This document shows positions 48,867 through 59,439 of a stretch of 64,000 bases of DNA, one piece after another (the first letter of the stretch is position 1; each line of letters starts with the position of its first letter). The notes under the pieces are model-generated. The model was not told where the DNA came from, ran no database searches, and was given only the letters and a program-made list of their open reading frames with translations. The position numbers and the translations under genes were made by a program. The stretch is from Candidatus Omnitrophota bacterium (GTDB lineage Bacteria > Omnitrophota > Gorgyraeia > 2-01-FULL-45-10): NCBI GenBank assembly GCA_903843285.1, contig CAIMPC010000010.1, positions 968 to 64,967 on the forward strand. Direction: 5' to 3'.

Positions 48867-50417
48867 ATGAAGAAATTATTTGCGCTCCTAATAGTATTGT
48901 CAATACTTCAGTCTGGCGCGATCTGCGCTGAGATTGCTTCTCCATCGGAGAAGGTAATGCAGCCGACAGCGGAGGAGTTTAGAAAGATATTATCTGATTT
49001 CGACGGATATGCGGCGAAGGCGATGGTCGATTGGAAGGTTCCGGGAATGGCTATCGGGATAGTCAGGGATGGTAATCTCGTATTTGCCAAAGGTTATGGC
49101 GTAAAGAGATCGGGCGGCAAAGATCCCGTTACGGAAAATACCATCTTCCAGATAGGTTCGACCACGAAAGCATTTACCGCGGTGCTGGCCTCCATGCTCG
49201 TTGATGAAAAGAAGTTTAAATGGGAAGATAAGGTCGTCGATCTCACGCCTGATTTCATGATGTACGATCCCTGGGTGACCAGGGAGTTCCAGGTCATCGA
49301 CCTGATGTCTCAACACAGCGGTATGCCGGCGTACGCAGCCGATTCACTGTATATGATGGGGTTTGACCGCGCATATGTAAGGAAGTCGGTACGCTATATC
49401 AAACCCGTAAGCAGTTTTCGTTCTAAGTTCGCTTATGTGAACAACTTATGGCTTGTGGCGGAAGAGATAATCGAAAAATACAGCGGCAAACCCTGGGAAC
49501 AGCTGCTCAAAGAGCGCATCTTCAATCCGTTAAAAATGACAAATTCCTCTGCGGATATGCAATCTTTTCTTAATGCGAAAGATGTCTCTTCACTGCATGA
49601 GTTGTCCGGTGATAAGGTGGCGGCCCTGCCTAAAAATTGGGAATTTCTTAGCTGGAGCTATGTCGCCGGACCAGCGGGATCGATCAACTCAAACATCGTC
49701 GACATGGCAAAATGGCTGATCTTCCAGATGAATAACGGAAAAGCCGACGATAAACAGCTCGTCTCCGTAGAGAATATGAACGTGATCCATTCGCCGAAGA
49801 CTGTGATAGGCCTGGGCGGTGAGGTGCAAAAGAATATATATTATTGCATGGGGTGGATATATCACGAGCACTCGCCGTATCCGATCATCTGGCATGACGG
49901 CGGCACCACTATGAGGACGATGATCGCATACGTCCCCGAACAAAAGATAGGTATAATAGTGCTCTCAAACTATGTTACGAATCTGCCGAATCTTCTGGCC
50001 TTCAGGTTTATCGACCAATATGCGCTAAAAAACCCGAAAGATTATAGCTCTGAAGGATTGGCCGAGATGGAGAAGATGAAGAGGGAAGAAAAGGCAAAGA
50101 GTCCTGTCCCGCCGAAAAGACGCATTGCACCAATAGCGCTGGAAAAGTATGCCGGAGCGTATTCCAGCGATATCTACGGTGATATAAATATCTCAGTCGT
50201 TGAAGGAAAACTGAACCTGGTTATTGGCCCCAAAAAGGTAACGGCGGTCCTCGCGCCATGGAATAAGGATATCTTTGCTGCAAAATGGCCGTTCTCCGAA
50301 TCGGATACCGAAACAGCATTCGCGATCTTTCATGTCGATCTGTGGGGCAATGTAACAGGTGTTACCCTCGATTCTTTAAATCAGGACGACGATCTCGGAG
50401 TCTTTAGACGAAAATAA
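48867..50417 (+). CDS. Exported serine hydrolase, beta-lactamase/AmpC-like with DUF3471-type C-domain
   Basis: Signal peptide, FQIGSTTK (SxxK), YVN, HDG, KYAGAYSSDIYG. Confidence 0.9.
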   Translation: MKKLFALLIVLSILQSGAICAEIASPSEKVMQPTAEEFRKILSDFDGYAAKAMVDWKVPGMAIGIVRDGNLVFAKGYGVKRSGGKDPVTENTIFQIGSTTKAFTAVLASMLVDEKKFKWEDKVVDLTPDFMMYDPWVTREFQVIDLMSQHSGMPAYAADSLYMMGFDRAYVRKSVRYIKPVSSFRSKFAYVNNLWLVAEEIIEKYSGKPWEQLLKERIFNPLKMTNSSADMQSFLNAKDVSSLHELSGDKVAALPKNWEFLSWSYVAGPAGSINSNIVDMAKWLIFQMNNGKADDKQLVSVENMNVIHSPKTVIGLGGEVQKNIYYCMGWIYHEHSPYPIIWHDGGTTMRTMIAYVPEQKIGIIVLSNYVTNLPNLLAFRFIDQYALKNPKDYSSEGLAEMEKMKREEKAKSPVPPKRRIAPIALEKYAGAYSSDIYGDINISVVEGKLNLVIGPKKVTAVLAPWNKDIFAAKWPFSESDTETAFAIFHVDLWGNVTGVTLDSLNQDDDLGVFRRK

Positions 50418-50467
50418 AAAAGGGTCTTAGAAGTTAGATAAAATAATCAACGAAAGAGGTAACATCA

Positions 50468-50605
50468 ATGTCAGATTGGCAACCCCGAGTTCAATGTCCT
50501 AAATGTGGGAGCACCGATACCCGTTTTATAGAGCCTCACCATGAAATATCCGTATACGAATGCAATGTTTGCGGGTGTAGATTTGAGGTCGAGGAAGAGC
50601 AGTAG
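50468..50605 (+). CDS. 45-aa zinc-ribbon microprotein (not in ORF track)
   Basis: GAGGT RBS; MSDWQPRVQCPKCGSTDTRFIEPHHEISVYECNVCGCRFEVEEEQ. Confidence 0.75.
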   Translation: MSDWQPRVQCPKCGSTDTRFIEPHHEISVYECNVCGCRFEVEEEQ

Positions 50606-50679
50606 ATAAGGCTATTCTTAGGATGGCGGGTTGGCAAAAAAACCACCCCCAAATACCAAACTGAAAAAATAGATACATC

Positions 50680-51438
50680 ATGAAGAAACTGGCAATATTT
50701 TTATTGTGCATCTCCCTCCTCGCGTGGCCGACTGTCCTATTTTCAGCCGAAGAAGTTGTAAATATGAGTTACGCATGCCGAGATCTGAAAGGGGTCATCA
50801 GGTGGCGGGCCGAGGCCCAGATAAAAAATATCAGCCCCGGCATTTATCTTATGACCGAGAAGGTCCAGGGGATTTATTCTTCCTTTAATGGACAGATATC
50901 GTGGGTGGCCGAGATGAAGTTCGAACGTACGAAAGACAAGGTCAGGCCTATCAGCCTGGACAAGCGCATCTTCGATCAAAAAGGCAATGTGATCAGGCGC
51001 GAGAAACAGGATTTCGATCTCGCCGACAATACAGGCACCTGTACTCATGATGAGCCCCTCAGAAATATCTCTCGCACGAGAAAGTTTAAATTTAATAAGG
51101 ATGTCGTAACGCGACTGTCTTTAGGGTTTTACGCCCAGAAATTTCTCGAAAACGGTAAGACGAGTGAAAAGCTCCAGATGGTGAGTGAGGAACCAAATCT
51201 TTATAATATCGAGCTTAAGCGTATAGGAAAAGAGACTATAGAAGTTAAGGGCCGTAAAGTAGAGGCATATCGGCTATGTGTTGATCCGGATCTCGGGGCG
51301 CTTAGTTTTGTTAAAGTATTTCTGCCCAAATCTTATGCATGGCATTCGGCCGTGCCGAAATATGAATGGTTGGGTTACGCGGGGTTGGAGGGCGGCATCA
51401 ACTCCGAAAAAGTGGAAATATTTATAGAGAAATTATAG
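50680..51438 (+). CDS. Exported beta-rich hypothetical protein (DUF3108-like)
   Basis: Signal peptide; GKETIEVKGRKVEAYRL motif. Confidence 0.7.
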   Translation: MKKLAIFLLCISLLAWPTVLFSAEEVVNMSYACRDLKGVIRWRAEAQIKNISPGIYLMTEKVQGIYSSFNGQISWVAEMKFERTKDKVRPISLDKRIFDQKGNVIRREKQDFDLADNTGTCTHDEPLRNISRTRKFKFNKDVVTRLSLGFYAQKFLENGKTSEKLQMVSEEPNLYNIELKRIGKETIEVKGRKVEAYRLCVDPDLGALSFVKVFLPKSYAWHSAVPKYEWLGYAGLEGGINSEKVEIFIEKL

Positions 51439-51553
51439 TAGAAAAACTTTCTGATATAATGGCGCCCTGCAAGATAGCGTAACGTCGTCAATCGTTATAT
51501 AGATGCCCGCCAAATAAATCAATAATAAGAACCAAATTTTAATCATAATCTCC

Positions 51554-51582
51554 TTGCAAATTTCCGGTATAGAGTATATACT
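51554..51582 (+). promoter_or_regulatory. Sigma70-type promoter
   Basis: TTGCAA-N17-TATACT. Confidence 0.6.
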
Positions 51583-51617
51583 TATTGGCAACAAGCTAAA
51601 AAAGGGGGTACGCAATT

Positions 51618-51911
51618 ATGAAGAAGATAGCAGTGGTGTTAGCAATAGCGGTGCTCGTAGCATACGCGATGCCGGTGTTTGCGGATGACGCATCAGGCGC
51701 GAAAAAGGTGAAGGAAAAGTCATTGTTCCAGATTTTCAGTAACGAGATCAATAGCAGTAAGATGCCCACCAGATTCGCTGTGAAGCCTGTCGCAAAAGAT
51801 ACGACAGAAGCAGCCAAGTACATCAGCGATAAAAAGGTAGGAGTGTTCCAGGATACGGCTAAAGCAATAGATGAACAATCTGTAAAAGCGAAGAACGAGT
51901 CGGCTCGGTAA
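51618..51911 (+). CDS. Exported hypothetical protein
   Basis: AGGGGG RBS, classic signal peptide MKKIAVVLAIAVLVAYAMPVFA. Confidence 0.8.
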   Translation: MKKIAVVLAIAVLVAYAMPVFADDASGAKKVKEKSLFQIFSNEINSSKMPTRFAVKPVAKDTTEAAKYISDKKVGVFQDTAKAIDEQSVKAKNESAR

Positions 51912-51934
51912 CGGTAATTTTAATAATTAATCTT

Positions 51935-51973
51935 ATAAGGGCTCTGCCTATAATATTTAGACAGGGCCCTTAT
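51935..51973 (+). terminator. Hairpin, possible terminator
   Basis: ATAAGGGCTCTG / CAGGGCCCTTAT stem just after the stop codon; weak T tract. Confidence 0.5.
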
Positions 51974-52004
51974 CTATACGACTAAAGAGGGGACGTATTA
52001 GCTT

Positions 52005-52655
52005 ATGAGGAGACCGTTGCGAAATACAACTTCCGTCATTCTGAGGGAGGCTATCTGCCGACCGAAGAATCTAAAAGCGAGATCCTTCGTCGCTTCGCTC
52101 CTCAGGATGACAATGGTCGCTTCTATCGTCATATTTACGTTGATTAGCACTAATTATTATGGAGATATTCAGGCAATGGAAAACACGGTAGTAGTATTAG
52201 ATACCACCCAAGGCGCCATAGAGCTAACCCTTATGCCGGATGTCGCGCCGAAGGCTTGTGAGAATTTCGTAAAGCTGGTAGATAAGGGTTATTACAATGG
52301 CATTATATTCCACCGCGTAATTCCCGAGTTCATGATACAAGGCGGGGATCCCACCGGAACGGGTAGGGGAGGATCGTCGGTCTGGGGAAAACCATTCGTC
52401 GATGAGGTGCGAAAAGACGTACAGTTTGAAAGAGCCGGCGTCCTGGCCATGGCTAACTCCGGGCCGAGCACGAACGGCAGTCAGTTCTTCATTACCACAG
52501 CCGAGACCTCGTGGTTAAATATGCGTCACACGATATTCGGACGCGTTACAGCAGGCTACGATGTGGTGCAGAAGATAGAGAATACTCCGACCGGTCCCGG
52601 GGATAAACCTTTAGCCGAGCAAAAGATAATAAAGGCGCACGTCAAGACGAAGTAG
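52005..52655 (+). CDS. Cyclophilin-type peptidyl-prolyl isomerase
   Basis: APKACENF, FHRVIPEFMIQGGDPTGTG, AMANSGP.TNGSQFFIT, HTIFG; start uncertain because of the repeat insertion. Confidence 0.93.
   Translation: MRRPLRNTTSVILREAICRPKNLKARSFVASLLRMTMVASIVIFTLISTNYYGDIQAMENTVVVLDTTQGAIELTLMPDVAPKACENFVKLVDKGYYNGIIFHRVIPEFMIQGGDPTGTGRGGSSVWGKPFVDEVRKDVQFERAGVLAMANSGPSTNGSQFFITTAETSWLNMRHTIFGRVTAGYDVVQKIENTPTGPGDKPLAEQKIIKAHVKTK
52035..52111. repeat. Palindromic interspersed repeat, copy 1
   Basis: GTCATTCTGAG...CGAAGAATCT...AGATCCTTCG...CTCAGGATGAC; first 40 nt match copy 2 at 39 positions. Confidence 0.88.
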
Positions 52656-52660
52656 GATCA

Positions 52661-54727
52661 ATGGATATTAAGCTGTCTAAAGAAAAGGCCGCTATCTTAG
52701 ATACCATCTTGACCTGTATGCGCATTGCGGTAAAGAACAGCTCTCTATTTCCTCCCGGCCACCCATCCTTCGATTCCTCTATGAAGTCCTTCAAATCCGC
52801 AATTGACAAATGGCTTATTTCTGAAGAGAGATTTACCATAGGGGTATCTTCGGATAATATTCTGTTAAACGGCGAGTTTGTAAAAGAGGGTAGTGATCTC
52901 TATGGAGAGATAGCGAGTTATCTCCATCCGAGGGGAATAATCGCCATCTCGTTTTTAAGAAATATAGATATCGACGAGATTTCACAATTCTTCGCCTTCC
53001 TTAAGAATGATGTTGAAGTGCTCTCCAGAAGGGGTGGCGTGGCAAAGAATATTCCGGCCTCCCCCCACCTGATCATTAAGGAGATAGATTACAGCTCCAT
53101 TCTTACGAGCGCTAAATCAGACAGTGGATTAGATGAGAAGGGGATGTGGAGGGCGCTTACCGGTATAGATCAAGGCCTTAAGGGTGGTAGTCTTCCTGAA
53201 TCAAAAGTCGAATTCATAAAAGATTTCTTAAAGGATCCTAAGGCCTCCGCGCATGTTATCAATAAAATTTACAGGCAGGCTATCGCCGGGCTTAATGAGA
53301 GATCGTCTGCCGATGAGATTAAGGGTGTCCTGGCCCGGATAAACAGGTATTTTGAGGCGCATCCTAAGGATGGTCTGGAGGATGCAAAGAAAGGAATCGC
53401 CGGTATAATATCGAAGCTCGATCCTATGCTTGTGGCCGGCCTATTTAAAGAGTCCGGTAACAGTGAAGACACGGGTGAACTATCGGAGGAGCTTTTTAGG
53501 GGAATGGGCGATGAAGGCATAGCCGACTTCATAGTGTCGCTTATCCAGAGTGAAAATACGGTTAACGAAAATTTTATAAAATTGTTCAATAAATTATCGT
53601 CGAAGAAAGAAGCTCCGAGTGCCGTGGCCGGACTGGTGGCGGACAAGATGTTCGATAAGGGGCTTATCAATCCGGGCATGCTATTGGCTCTTCAATTATC
53701 GATTAAGGATCTCTTCGAAGATCATCCCGAAAATGATTTCATCTCGCAGATATATAAGATGACTGTGAGTGCACTGGTCGATGATGGGGTCTCCGCCGGC
53801 GAGCGCTCATCGACATATTCTCAGATGGCTAAAGAGTATGAGGCATTTATTCAGGATGAGAATTTAAAATGCGAAAGAATAAGGCTCCTGCTTAATATCT
53901 TATGGTACGAGAACGATCTGTCGGGATTTCAAAAGATTTGCGCGATGATTAAAGATTGTTTATATGAAATAATCGATATTAAACATACCCGTTACCTGCG
54001 TGAGATGTTCGAGCTATTTACCGAAAAGTTAAGACCCGAGCAGTTAAACGATAGTGCGATAGGCTCGGAAGTGAAGAAAATATTAGATGAGATAGGTGAT
54101 GCCAAGGTTATAGACAGATTAATTTCGTTTATTCCCAATGCGGAACATGACGCGATAAAGAACATAGGATTTATTCTTAGCAAAGCCGAAGATCGAGCTA
54201 TAGAGCCGCTATTGGACTTATTTTTTGCCCCGGAGGGAGTTGAATGCAAAGAGAAGATAGCGCAACTTTTATTCAGCTTAGGTGAAAAGGCAAGATCGGC
54301 ATTCACTGGTAGGGTCGGTAATATAGTGGCCGGTAAGCCGGTATCAATTATGGTGCAGGAGATGAAAGATATATTAAAGATGATGGATGCGCAGTCGGCT
54401 TGCGCTTTGAGTTCTGAGACGATTGATAAATTATTCAATAAGTTGGACAAAACTTTTGGCGGCAGGGCGCATATGCGTGACCTGATAAAATTATGCGGAG
54501 ATTTTAAGATCCCGGCGTCAATACCCCATCTCGGAAAGATGGTCGCAAAAAGACATTTCTTCAATACAAAAGCCGTCGATCGGATACGTCTCGAGGCTGT
54601 CATCAGCCTGGGCAGGATAGGAACTCCCGAGGCATTGGAATATGTGAAGAAGGCATCCGGCGACAGAAGTCGATCGGTAAGGGCGATGTGCAGTGTAGTA
54701 TTAAGATCGTTTCAAAAAGGTTTATAG
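52661..54727 (+). CDS. HEAT-repeat-containing alpha-helical protein
   Basis: N-terminal LFPPGHP domain; C-terminal RLEAVISLGRIGTPEA..D....VR. Confidence 0.8.
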   Translation: MDIKLSKEKAAILDTILTCMRIAVKNSSLFPPGHPSFDSSMKSFKSAIDKWLISEERFTIGVSSDNILLNGEFVKEGSDLYGEIASYLHPRGIIAISFLRNIDIDEISQFFAFLKNDVEVLSRRGGVAKNIPASPHLIIKEIDYSSILTSAKSDSGLDEKGMWRALTGIDQGLKGGSLPESKVEFIKDFLKDPKASAHVINKIYRQAIAGLNERSSADEIKGVLARINRYFEAHPKDGLEDAKKGIAGIISKLDPMLVAGLFKESGNSEDTGELSEELFRGMGDEGIADFIVSLIQSENTVNENFIKLFNKLSSKKEAPSAVAGLVADKMFDKGLINPGMLLALQLSIKDLFEDHPENDFISQIYKMTVSALVDDGVSAGERSSTYSQMAKEYEAFIQDENLKCERIRLLLNILWYENDLSGFQKICAMIKDCLYEIIDIKHTRYLREMFELFTEKLRPEQLNDSAIGSEVKKILDEIGDAKVIDRLISFIPNAEHDAIKNIGFILSKAEDRAIEPLLDLFFAPEGVECKEKIAQLLFSLGEKARSAFTGRVGNIVAGKPVSIMVQEMKDILKMMDAQSACALSSETIDKLFNKLDKTFGGRAHMRDLIKLCGDFKIPASIPHLGKMVAKRHFFNTKAVDRIRLEAVISLGRIGTPEALEYVKKASGDRSRSVRAMCSVVLRSFQKGL

Positions 54728-56125
54728 ATGGAACGAGATGATGTAAGGACGATAGTCGGGGATTTCATAAAAGAGCTGGTAGGCGCTATACAGAAGAGAG
54801 GCTTGTATGGCGAGCGCCACGATCTGACTAAGGCCGCTATGGCTGAGCTTTATGTAAAATTACGGGAAGCATTGTCGCTTATGCCGGAGATAACTATAGG
54901 TGTAATAGGTAATGAGATAGCCTTCGATAAAGAACCGTTTTACGAGGATAGTAAAAATATTTCCGGCCTGATCGGACGTTTTCAGAAGATGAAGATTGAG
55001 AAGATCAGCTTCCTGAATGCCGTAGAGAAGAGCGAGCTCGCATCCTTCGTTGAAATAATTGCCGAGCCCGCCGATGGCATAACGAAATCCGTATCCTTAA
55101 CGGAGGTTTTCGGATCTAAAGGAATAGTCAATATAGTTATCGGGGTGATAGGCGAAGGGGATAAAACAGCGGAGGAGACGCACACAGAAAATATATACGA
55201 GGCGGTTAAGGACAATTTTCGCGATGGCATAGATTATTTAAAGAGAACAATGGATGACATCAGTAATAACCGGTCCATCGATATAAGGGCGGCGCGTTTC
55301 TTTGTGAATAAACTCGTAGGCAACCTGCTAAAGAATAAGAACCTGCTTTTAATCCTTACCACGCTTAAGAAGAGGGACGATTTAACGTTTGTACACTGCA
55401 TGAATGTTTCCATACTTACGCTGGCCCAGGCCGAGACGCTGGGCATAGATCAGTCGCTATTGCCGGACATAGGAGTGGCGGGGCTTCTGCATGATACCGG
55501 AAAGCTGGCCGTAGAGGCGAGTATATTAAAAAAGGGCGGGAAGCTCGATTCCGATGAGATCGAAAAGATGCATTCTCACTCTATTGACGGGGCAAAGATA
55601 TTGCTCGAGACCTCGGGGCTTTCTACAATGGCCGCAATATCTGCATTTGAGCACCATGTACGTTACGATATGCAGGGGTATCCTACCAAACTATTCGGCA
55701 AAAAAATTAACCTCGCAAGCATGATGATAGCGATAGCCGACGTATACGATGCGATCAGAAATAAGAGGCATTATCATGTGGCGCGCGCACCTGAAGAGGT
55801 GTATGATGAAATGATTAAACTCTCCGGCACCCATTTTCATCCGGGACTCCTGGAGATGTTCTTTAAGACCGTTGGCGTGTATCCTCCCGGGACATTAGTA
55901 GAGCTGGATACGAGTGAGACGGGCATAGTCATTAAAGAAAGTTTTGTAGATATTATAAGGCCGCAGGTGGAAATATTGTATAATAGGCAAGGAAGAAAAG
56001 AGCTCGCGCCTTATATCGTTAATCTATTGGAAAAGGGTACCGGAAGCGCATATAAGAGGACAATAATCAGATCTGTGGCAATCTCTGATGAGCATCAGAT
56101 TCCGGCGAACTATAATCCAAATTAA
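54728..56125 (+). CDS. HD-GYP domain c-di-GMP phosphodiesterase-like protein
   Basis: HCMNV, LLHDTGK, HSIDG, EHH..DMQGYP, IADVYDA, YPPGTLVEL. Confidence 0.92.
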   Translation: MERDDVRTIVGDFIKELVGAIQKRGLYGERHDLTKAAMAELYVKLREALSLMPEITIGVIGNEIAFDKEPFYEDSKNISGLIGRFQKMKIEKISFLNAVEKSELASFVEIIAEPADGITKSVSLTEVFGSKGIVNIVIGVIGEGDKTAEETHTENIYEAVKDNFRDGIDYLKRTMDDISNNRSIDIRAARFFVNKLVGNLLKNKNLLLILTTLKKRDDLTFVHCMNVSILTLAQAETLGIDQSLLPDIGVAGLLHDTGKLAVEASILKKGGKLDSDEIEKMHSHSIDGAKILLETSGLSTMAAISAFEHHVRYDMQGYPTKLFGKKINLASMMIAIADVYDAIRNKRHYHVARAPEEVYDEMIKLSGTHFHPGLLEMFFKTVGVYPPGTLVELDTSETGIVIKESFVDIIRPQVEILYNRQGRKELAPYIVNLLEKGTGSAYKRTIIRSVAISDEHQIPANYNPN

Positions 56126-56158
56126 GTGTAATGGATTATCATAAGAAAGGACCAATTT

Positions 56159-56248
56159 GTCATTCTGAGGGAGGCTATCGGCCGACCGAAGAATCTAAGC
56201 ATTCAGATCCTTCACCCGCCACTAAAGCTTAGGCGGGTTCAGGATGAC
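56159..56248. repeat. Palindromic interspersed repeat, copy 2 (nested CCCGCC..GGCGGG hairpin)
   Basis: Same termini and core as copy 1; intergenic. Confidence 0.88.
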
Positions 56249-56294
56249 GTAATTTGGGCGGTAGTGAAAATAATTTTAACTCATGAAGGGGGTT

Positions 56295-57020
56295 ATGAAA
56301 TTACTATTATCATTATGGATATGGGCCGCAGGCATATGCGTGACCATAGTTACATTTCTCGTTAGCCTGATTCTTTCGATAGCGCTCTGCAGGCATCCGG
56401 ATAAGGAGAAGATAGTACACGCCCAATGTTACTGGTGGTCGGATTGGCTAGTGGTCCTAAATCCTTTCTGGAAGATAAACGTGAAAGGGCTTGAGAATAT
56501 AGATAAATCCGAGACTTATGTAATGGTTGCCAATCATCAGAGTCTTGCCGATATAGTATTAATATATCAGATACGCACGTATTTTAAATGGGTAGCGAAG
56601 GAAGAGCTGTTAAAAGTACCGTTTATCGGCGGGCTTCTAAGAATTAATAACCACATAATGCTTGCCAGAGGAGATTTTGGAAGCATAAAGATTGCCTACC
56701 GTAAAGCCGCCGAATATCTGCGCTCAGGCATATCCATGATCTTCTTTCCCGAGGGGACACGAAGTGAAACGAACCAGATGGGTGAGTTTCAGAACGGGGC
56801 ATTCAAGCTTGCCATACGAGAGCGGAAGAGGGTTTTGCCGATATACATAGGCGGGTGCAGAGAGGCTATTCCAAAGGGCGGATTTATCTTCAATTCTAAT
56901 GTCGTCGGAAGGGTAGAGGTCCTGCCTCCTATAGATACGGCGACTTTAGATATATCAGAGTACGGTGCATTAAGGGACCGTGTACGTAGCGAGCTATTGA
57001 AGGCCGCCTCAGCCAAATAA
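56295..57020 (+). CDS. Lysophospholipid acyltransferase (PlsC family)
   Basis: NHQSLAD, WVAKEEL, FPEGTRS. Confidence 0.92.
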   Translation: MKLLLSLWIWAAGICVTIVTFLVSLILSIALCRHPDKEKIVHAQCYWWSDWLVVLNPFWKINVKGLENIDKSETYVMVANHQSLADIVLIYQIRTYFKWVAKEELLKVPFIGGLLRINNHIMLARGDFGSIKIAYRKAAEYLRSGISMIFFPEGTRSETNQMGEFQNGAFKLAIRERKRVLPIYIGGCREAIPKGGFIFNSNVVGRVEVLPPIDTATLDISEYGALRDRVRSELLKAASAK

Positions 57021-57118
57021 GAGAGAAGAAAATTTTTCTCTTGAGGGTGGATTTAAAAAAAGCTATTATAAGTGTCTCGAGGCACTGATAATAATATAAA
57101 TTCGAAGGAGCGACGAAG

Positions 57119-57868
57119 ATGAAGAAGTTGGTTTTGCTGCGTCATGGCGAGAGTACATGGAACAAAGAGAATAGATTCACCGGCTGGACCGATGTCGACC
57201 TGTCTGATAAGGGTAGGGACGAGGCGGTGAAGGCGGGAGAGGTGTTGAAGAAGGAAGGTTTCGTATTTGATGTGGCTTATACATCGGTATTAAAGAGAGC
57301 GATATTTACGCTATGGTCGGTGCTTGGCAAGATGGATCTCATGTGGGTGCCTATTTACAATTCGTGGAGGCTTAATGAACGGCACTACGGCGCTTTGCAA
57401 GGACTCAATAAGGCGGAGACAGCAGCAAAGTTCGGTGAGGGCCAGGTATTAATATGGAGAAGGAGCTATGATGTACCGCCGCCGCCGTTGGAGAATAACG
57501 ACCCGAGAAATCCACGCAATGATCCGCGCTATAAGGGATTATCGGATAAGGATCTTCCGCTTACCGAGTGTTTAAAAGATACTGTGGCAAGATTTCTGCC
57601 TTACTGGCATGAGACTATTGCGCCCATGGTTCTTAGCGGGAAGAGAGTGATCATAGCCGCTCACGGTAATAGCCTCAGGGCGCTGGTTAAGTATCTCGAC
57701 AATATTCCGGACGATAAGATCGTGAGCTTGAATATTCCTACGGGGCTTCCTCTGGTATACGAACTGACGGATGATCTGAAGCCGATAAAGAGCTATTATT
57801 TGGGTGATCCCGAAGAAGTGAAGAAGGCGATGGAGGCAGTTGCTAATCAGGGGAAAGCGAAGAAATGA
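57119..57868 (+). CDS. gpmA: 2,3-bisphosphoglycerate-dependent phosphoglycerate mutase
   Basis: [36 protein letters not shown]. Confidence 0.98.
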   Translation: MKKLVLLRHGESTWNKENRFTGWTDVDLSDKGRDEAVKAGEVLKKEGFVFDVAYTSVLKRAIFTLWSVLGKMDLMWVPIYNSWRLNERHYGALQGLNKAETAAKFGEGQVLIWRRSYDVPPPPLENNDPRNPRNDPRYKGLSDKDLPLTECLKDTVARFLPYWHETIAPMVLSGKRVIIAAHGNSLRALVKYLDNIPDDKIVSLNIPTGLPLVYELTDDLKPIKSYYLGDPEEVKKAMEAVANQGKAKK

Positions 57869-59436
57869 AGATAAGAAGGGCTCTTATAAGCGTATCCGAT
57901 AAGACAGGGCTGGAAGAGCTTGTGAGGGTATTAAATAAATTTGGAGTGGAGATACTCTCCACCGGAGGTACGTCTAAGGCGATAGCCGCCCTCGGCATAC
58001 CGGTTAAGGATGTCTCGAGCTATACGGGTTTTCCGGAGATGTTGGATGGGCGAGTAAAGACGCTTCACCCTAAGATACACGGCGGTATATTAGCCTTACG
58101 CGATGATAAAGAGCATATGGACACCGTCCGAAAATACGACATAGGGCTTATAGATATGGTAGTCGTTAATCTGTATCCGTTTGAAAAGATCGTGTCGAAG
58201 CCATCCGTAAAACTGGAAGAGGCCATAGAGAATATCGATATCGGCGGGCCTTCGATGCTGAGGAGCGCGGCTAAGAATTGCAGGTCTGTATGCGTTATAT
58301 GCGATATAGGTGATTATAAGAGAGTTATTGAAAATATGGAGAATACATCCGGTAGCGTGGCGGAGGAGCTCCTCGCAGAGCTCGGAGCGAAAGTATTTGC
58401 CAGGACCTCATCATACGATGCGGCTATTTACGATTATCTGAAGCCGCATACCGCATGCGCCCGGACGCTTACGGATGGTTTTCCTTTGGAACTCAAGCTG
58501 GATTATAAGAAACTGCAGGATCTTCGTTACGGCGAAAATCCCCACCAAAAGGCGGCGTTCTATAAGGACGTTACGTCCGATGAGCCCGGGATGGCCTCTG
58601 CTGTTCAGTTGCATGGAAAAGAGCTCTCGTTCAATAATATCATAGATCTTAATGCCGCCATGGAAGTGGTTAAGGAATTTGATCGGCCTGCCGCAGTTAT
58701 TATAAAACACACAAACCCCTGCGGCGCAGCCTCGGCGGATACTTTGAAACAGGCTTACCTCGACGCGCTCGATTGTGACCGGCAGAGCGCATTCGGGAGT
58801 ATCGTAGGATTTAATGGGCCGGTGGATATGACGCTGGCTAAAACCATACTCGAGGAAGCCGATTTTGTGGAATGCATAATCGCGCCTTCTTACGATGCCG
58901 ATGCGGTCGAGGCATTTAAGAAAAAGAAGAATCTGAGATTGATCGAAGTGAAAAATTTTGGCCGAAAAGAGGCTAACTCATCTCCTGATATGAAGAAAGT
59001 GACGGGCGGGCTTCTGATACAGGATCGGGATATGCGTGGGATTGAAGAATCGGACCTTAAGGTCGTTACTAAAAAGAAGCCGACTAAAGACGAACTCAAT
59101 TCGCTTCTCTTCGGATGGCTTATTGCAAAACACGTGAAGTCGAACGCCATAGTCCTGTGTCGTGGTACCAAGACTATCGGTATCGGCGCAGGCCAGATGT
59201 CCAGGGTGGGTTCGGTTAAGATAGCCGCCGATAAAGCGGGCGGGCGGTCGAACGGTTCGACCCTTGCAAGCGACGCTTTCTTCCCGAAAGATGATGGCAT
59301 CGCTACAGCCGCGCGCGCAGGTGTCACGGCTATAATACAGCCTGGCGGATCGATAAGGGACCCTGAGGTTATCGGGAAGGCCGATGAACTCGGCATCTCG
59401 ATGATATTTACCGGAGTCAGGCACTTCAAACACTAA
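57865..59436 (+). CDS. purH: Bifunctional AICAR transformylase / IMP cyclohydrolase
   Basis: [41 protein letters not shown]. Confidence 0.98.
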   Translation: MKIRRALISVSDKTGLEELVRVLNKFGVEILSTGGTSKAIAALGIPVKDVSSYTGFPEMLDGRVKTLHPKIHGGILALRDDKEHMDTVRKYDIGLIDMVVVNLYPFEKIVSKPSVKLEEAIENIDIGGPSMLRSAAKNCRSVCVICDIGDYKRVIENMENTSGSVAEELLAELGAKVFARTSSYDAAIYDYLKPHTACARTLTDGFPLELKLDYKKLQDLRYGENPHQKAAFYKDVTSDEPGMASAVQLHGKELSFNNIIDLNAAMEVVKEFDRPAAVIIKHTNPCGAASADTLKQAYLDALDCDRQSAFGSIVGFNGPVDMTLAKTILEEADFVECIIAPSYDADAVEAFKKKKNLRLIEVKNFGRKEANSSPDMKKVTGGLLIQDRDMRGIEESDLKVVTKKKPTKDELNSLLFGWLIAKHVKSNAIVLCRGTKTIGIGAGQMSRVGSVKIAADKAGGRSNGSTLASDAFFPKDDGIATAARAGVTAIIQPGGSIRDPEVIGKADELGISMIFTGVRHFKH

Positions 59437-59439
59437 TGC

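Noticed and set aside
52035-56248. CRISPR array or IS ends for the two repeat copies
   Set aside because: Only two copies about 4 kb apart in direct orientation, with no spacers, cas genes or transposase
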